Source: Fistulifera solaris
Lineage: Eukaryota
Direction: 5' to 3'
NCBI GenBank assembly: GCA_030295235.1
Contig: AP026126.1
Coordinates: 1,798,001-1,862,000 of the forward strand
Length of the DNA: 64,000 nt
The notes below the pieces were generated by a model. The model saw nothing but the letters and a program-made list of their open reading frames with translations, was not told the origin of the DNA and did not search any database. This document shows positions 62,086 to 64,000 of this stretch, piece after piece (the stretch's first letter is position 1; every line of letters begins with the position of its first letter). The position numbers and the translations under genes are program-made.

Positions 62086-63336
62086 ATGAACATGAATCTA
62101 AGAGACAGAAGTAAAGTGAAAGGCGAAGAGGACGACAGTCTGGAACTGCCGATGGGGCCTGGTTGTGTTTCTTCTTCTTCGTCTCGTCCTCTGCAAACGG
62201 AACCAACGGAAATGCAGACAAACACTCCTATTACCAAACGCCGTCGAAGATTACGCGGAGAGGGGTCTTTAGAGAACTTAGCAAGGTCTATAGTCACAGG
62301 AAAACGTGTTGTCTTCATCAGCGGGGCTGGGTTAAGTGTTGCTTCGGGTGTACGACCTTTTCGCACGGGGCGTCCGGAAGATGGATCATGGTTACAAGCG
62401 AGAAACGGAAGTGAGGACAAGCGCTTTGCAGCAGCAAGTAAGATTGGATTACAGGCTGGATTATGGGATCAAGTGTTGTGGACGACAGCGACACGCGAGT
62501 CCTTTCGCCAAAATCCACTGAAATGGTACAATGAGTTCTGGATTCCTCATTTGGGAAGTAGTGGCCTGGGGACGAAACCAAACGCTGGTCATGAGGCTTT
62601 GCAACAGATAATGAAGCGATTTCCGAAAAGCTGTAAACAAATAACACAAAATATCGACGGCTTGCAATCTAATGACCCGCACGCCAACAATATAAGCCTG
62701 ATTGAGATTCATGGTAGAGCCGGTCTTTACAAGTGTCTGCCGGACTCCGACAGCGATACAGATTCGGATAGTGATGACGAGGAGGATCGACCCGTGCATT
62801 TGGGACATCGTCGGAAGACGCGCGATCTCAAACGCAAGCTTCAAGATCCCACTTTGTGTCCATATCAGTATTTAGAATCACTCGGCGCGGATCAGTTGAT
62901 TTTGCCCGAAAGTGAGCGTGCTCATCTGGCACCAAAGAATCCCAATTTGTCTAGTGATGCTCCTTGCGGATCATTGAAACAACTATCGGTGTCTCCTCGA
63001 TGTCCTGTCTGCTGTAATATTGCCATGCCGCAAGCTCTACTATTTGATGAAGGTTATCATTCGCATTCCTTTTATGACTTTGAATTGGCGGAAGACTGGT
63101 TGCGCGATTGTGAGGTCATGGTGTTCTGTGGTACCAGTTTTGCGGTGAATTTGACCACCGTGGCTTTGGACCATGCCCGCGCTAAAGAGATTCCTGTCTA
63201 TAACTTTAACTTACATGACACCCTCGTCGCGACAGCTAGGTTGAACGTTTCGAACATTATGGGACCGGCGCACGAGACTCTCCCTAAGCTGGCGGAGACC
63301 ATTCAGCGCATTCAGAACGAGGATGGACAAAACTAA
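62086..63336 (+). CDS. Sirtuin (Sir2-family NAD-dependent deacylase)
   Basis: GAGLSVASGVRPFR, PNAGH, TQNIDGL, EIHG, PRCPVC, LLFDE, GTSFAV. Confidence 0.92.
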   Translation: MNMNLRDRSKVKGEEDDSLELPMGPGCVSSSSSRPLQTEPTEMQTNTPITKRRRRLRGEGSLENLARSIVTGKRVVFISGAGLSVASGVRPFRTGRPEDGSWLQARNGSEDKRFAAASKIGLQAGLWDQVLWTTATRESFRQNPLKWYNEFWIPHLGSSGLGTKPNAGHEALQQIMKRFPKSCKQITQNIDGLQSNDPHANNISLIEIHGRAGLYKCLPDSDSDTDSDSDDEEDRPVHLGHRRKTRDLKRKLQDPTLCPYQYLESLGADQLILPESERAHLAPKNPNLSSDAPCGSLKQLSVSPRCPVCCNIAMPQALLFDEGYHSHSFYDFELAEDWLRDCEVMVFCGTSFAVNLTTVALDHARAKEIPVYNFNLHDTLVATARLNVSNIMGPAHETLPKLAETIQRIQNEDGQN

Positions 63337-63456
63337 CTGTTGAAATAGACTCTATTCTCTATTAAAGTATTCATCTTTTCAAACAGTTTTCATTACAATC
63401 GTTTTACGAAACATGTAGAACACTGAAGCAGAATTTCAAAAGATCTGCCTATCACA

Positions 63457-64000
63457 CTAGACTTCGGGTGCGGGGTGGCCACTGGTTGGGCGACGACCAG
63501 CGCGAGCCTGCGAAGGAACGTTCTGCGCCTGTCCAGTGACGGCACGGCTTAAGTTAGTCTTGTTCTGTCCCAAAGGAGCGGAAGTTCGACCTTGTGGCTT
63601 TTTCGTCGTTACTCCATTAGAGCGGAAATCAGTAGTGTGCAAGCTGCCAATTTCAATGTCGGGCTTGTTTTGCTTTCTTTCAATCTCATCCTCGAGCATG
63701 AATGTCTTCAAAGCAACAAGCTTACTCTTCGAATCTTTCTTCGTATTCTTGCGCGACACGGGTGCCTTCTTCACGACAGTTGGGCGCTTTTGCACAAACG
63801 GCCATCCAAGGATGTAGGGATTCAAGATGATAGGAACGATGAAACACATTGCCGCGAGAACGAAAGGCGGACCAGCGAAAAGTGCGTGACCAACAATATC
63901 GGTAGTAGGCATGGTTGTGTTATCCCAATCTTGTTCTTGCAAGACCGTCGCATAAGCCAGACCAGCGATGAACAACGCAATGGCCCAACTACTCGAGTTG
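63457..64000 (-). CDS. 3' end of a polytopic membrane protein (possibly 1,3-beta-glucan synthase-like), truncated by the window edge
   Basis: Hydrophobic segments ending PIILNP, reminiscent of the PFxFNP motif of glucan synthases, then a basic tail. Family call is weak. Confidence 0.45.
   Translation of the reverse strand, partial: NSSSWAIALFIAGLAYATVLQEQDWDNTTMPTTDIVGHALFAGPPFVLAAMCFIVPIILNPYILGWPFVQKRPTVVKKAPVSRKNTKKDSKSKLVALKTFMLEDEIERKQNKPDIEIGSLHTTDFRSNGVTTKKPQGRTSAPLGQNKTNLSRAVTGQAQNVPSQARAGRRPTSGHPAPEV

Noticed and set aside
1..64000. tRNA, rRNA, autonomous transposase/reverse transcriptase, or bacterial operon/HGT island
   Set aside because: No such signatures were recognised by eye. 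Genes with bacterial-type relatives (AKR, ferredoxin, arsenite methyltransferase) carry introns or targeting peptides.

Overview
Gene-dense eukaryotic DNA, most likely a raphid pennate diatom (Fistulifera-like; inference). The evidence is short 60-95 nt GT-AG introns, bipartite plastid-targeting peptides, a silicanin-like protein and diatom-type ankyrin-like genes. About 35 protein genes are present, including gamma-tubulin, a CCA-adding enzyme, two aldo-keto reductases, a TTD14-like P-loop protein, a kinesin, Maf1, an OTU deubiquitinase, an arsenite methyltransferase, VAP and a sirtuin. Roughly 20 single-base frameshifts, mostly at homopolymers and including one in gamma-tubulin, point to sequencing or assembly error. 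Five observations stand out. (1) A hairpin-rich candidate Helitron-like element appears to have carried an expanded-family gene into a ~220-bp satellite (15.6-18.95 kb). (2) A degenerate polypeptide GalNAc-transferase is fused to a core-1 galactosyltransferase. (3) A galectin-like domain is fused to an RRM. (4) A truncated importin-alpha carries a BED-like zinc finger and sits between duplicated promoter sequences. (5) A recurrent GTAC/TACCGGTA motif lies upstream of many genes, and a 33-bp ACGT-core minisatellite lies upstream of the arsenite methyltransferase. All homology calls come from motif recognition only; no searches were run.
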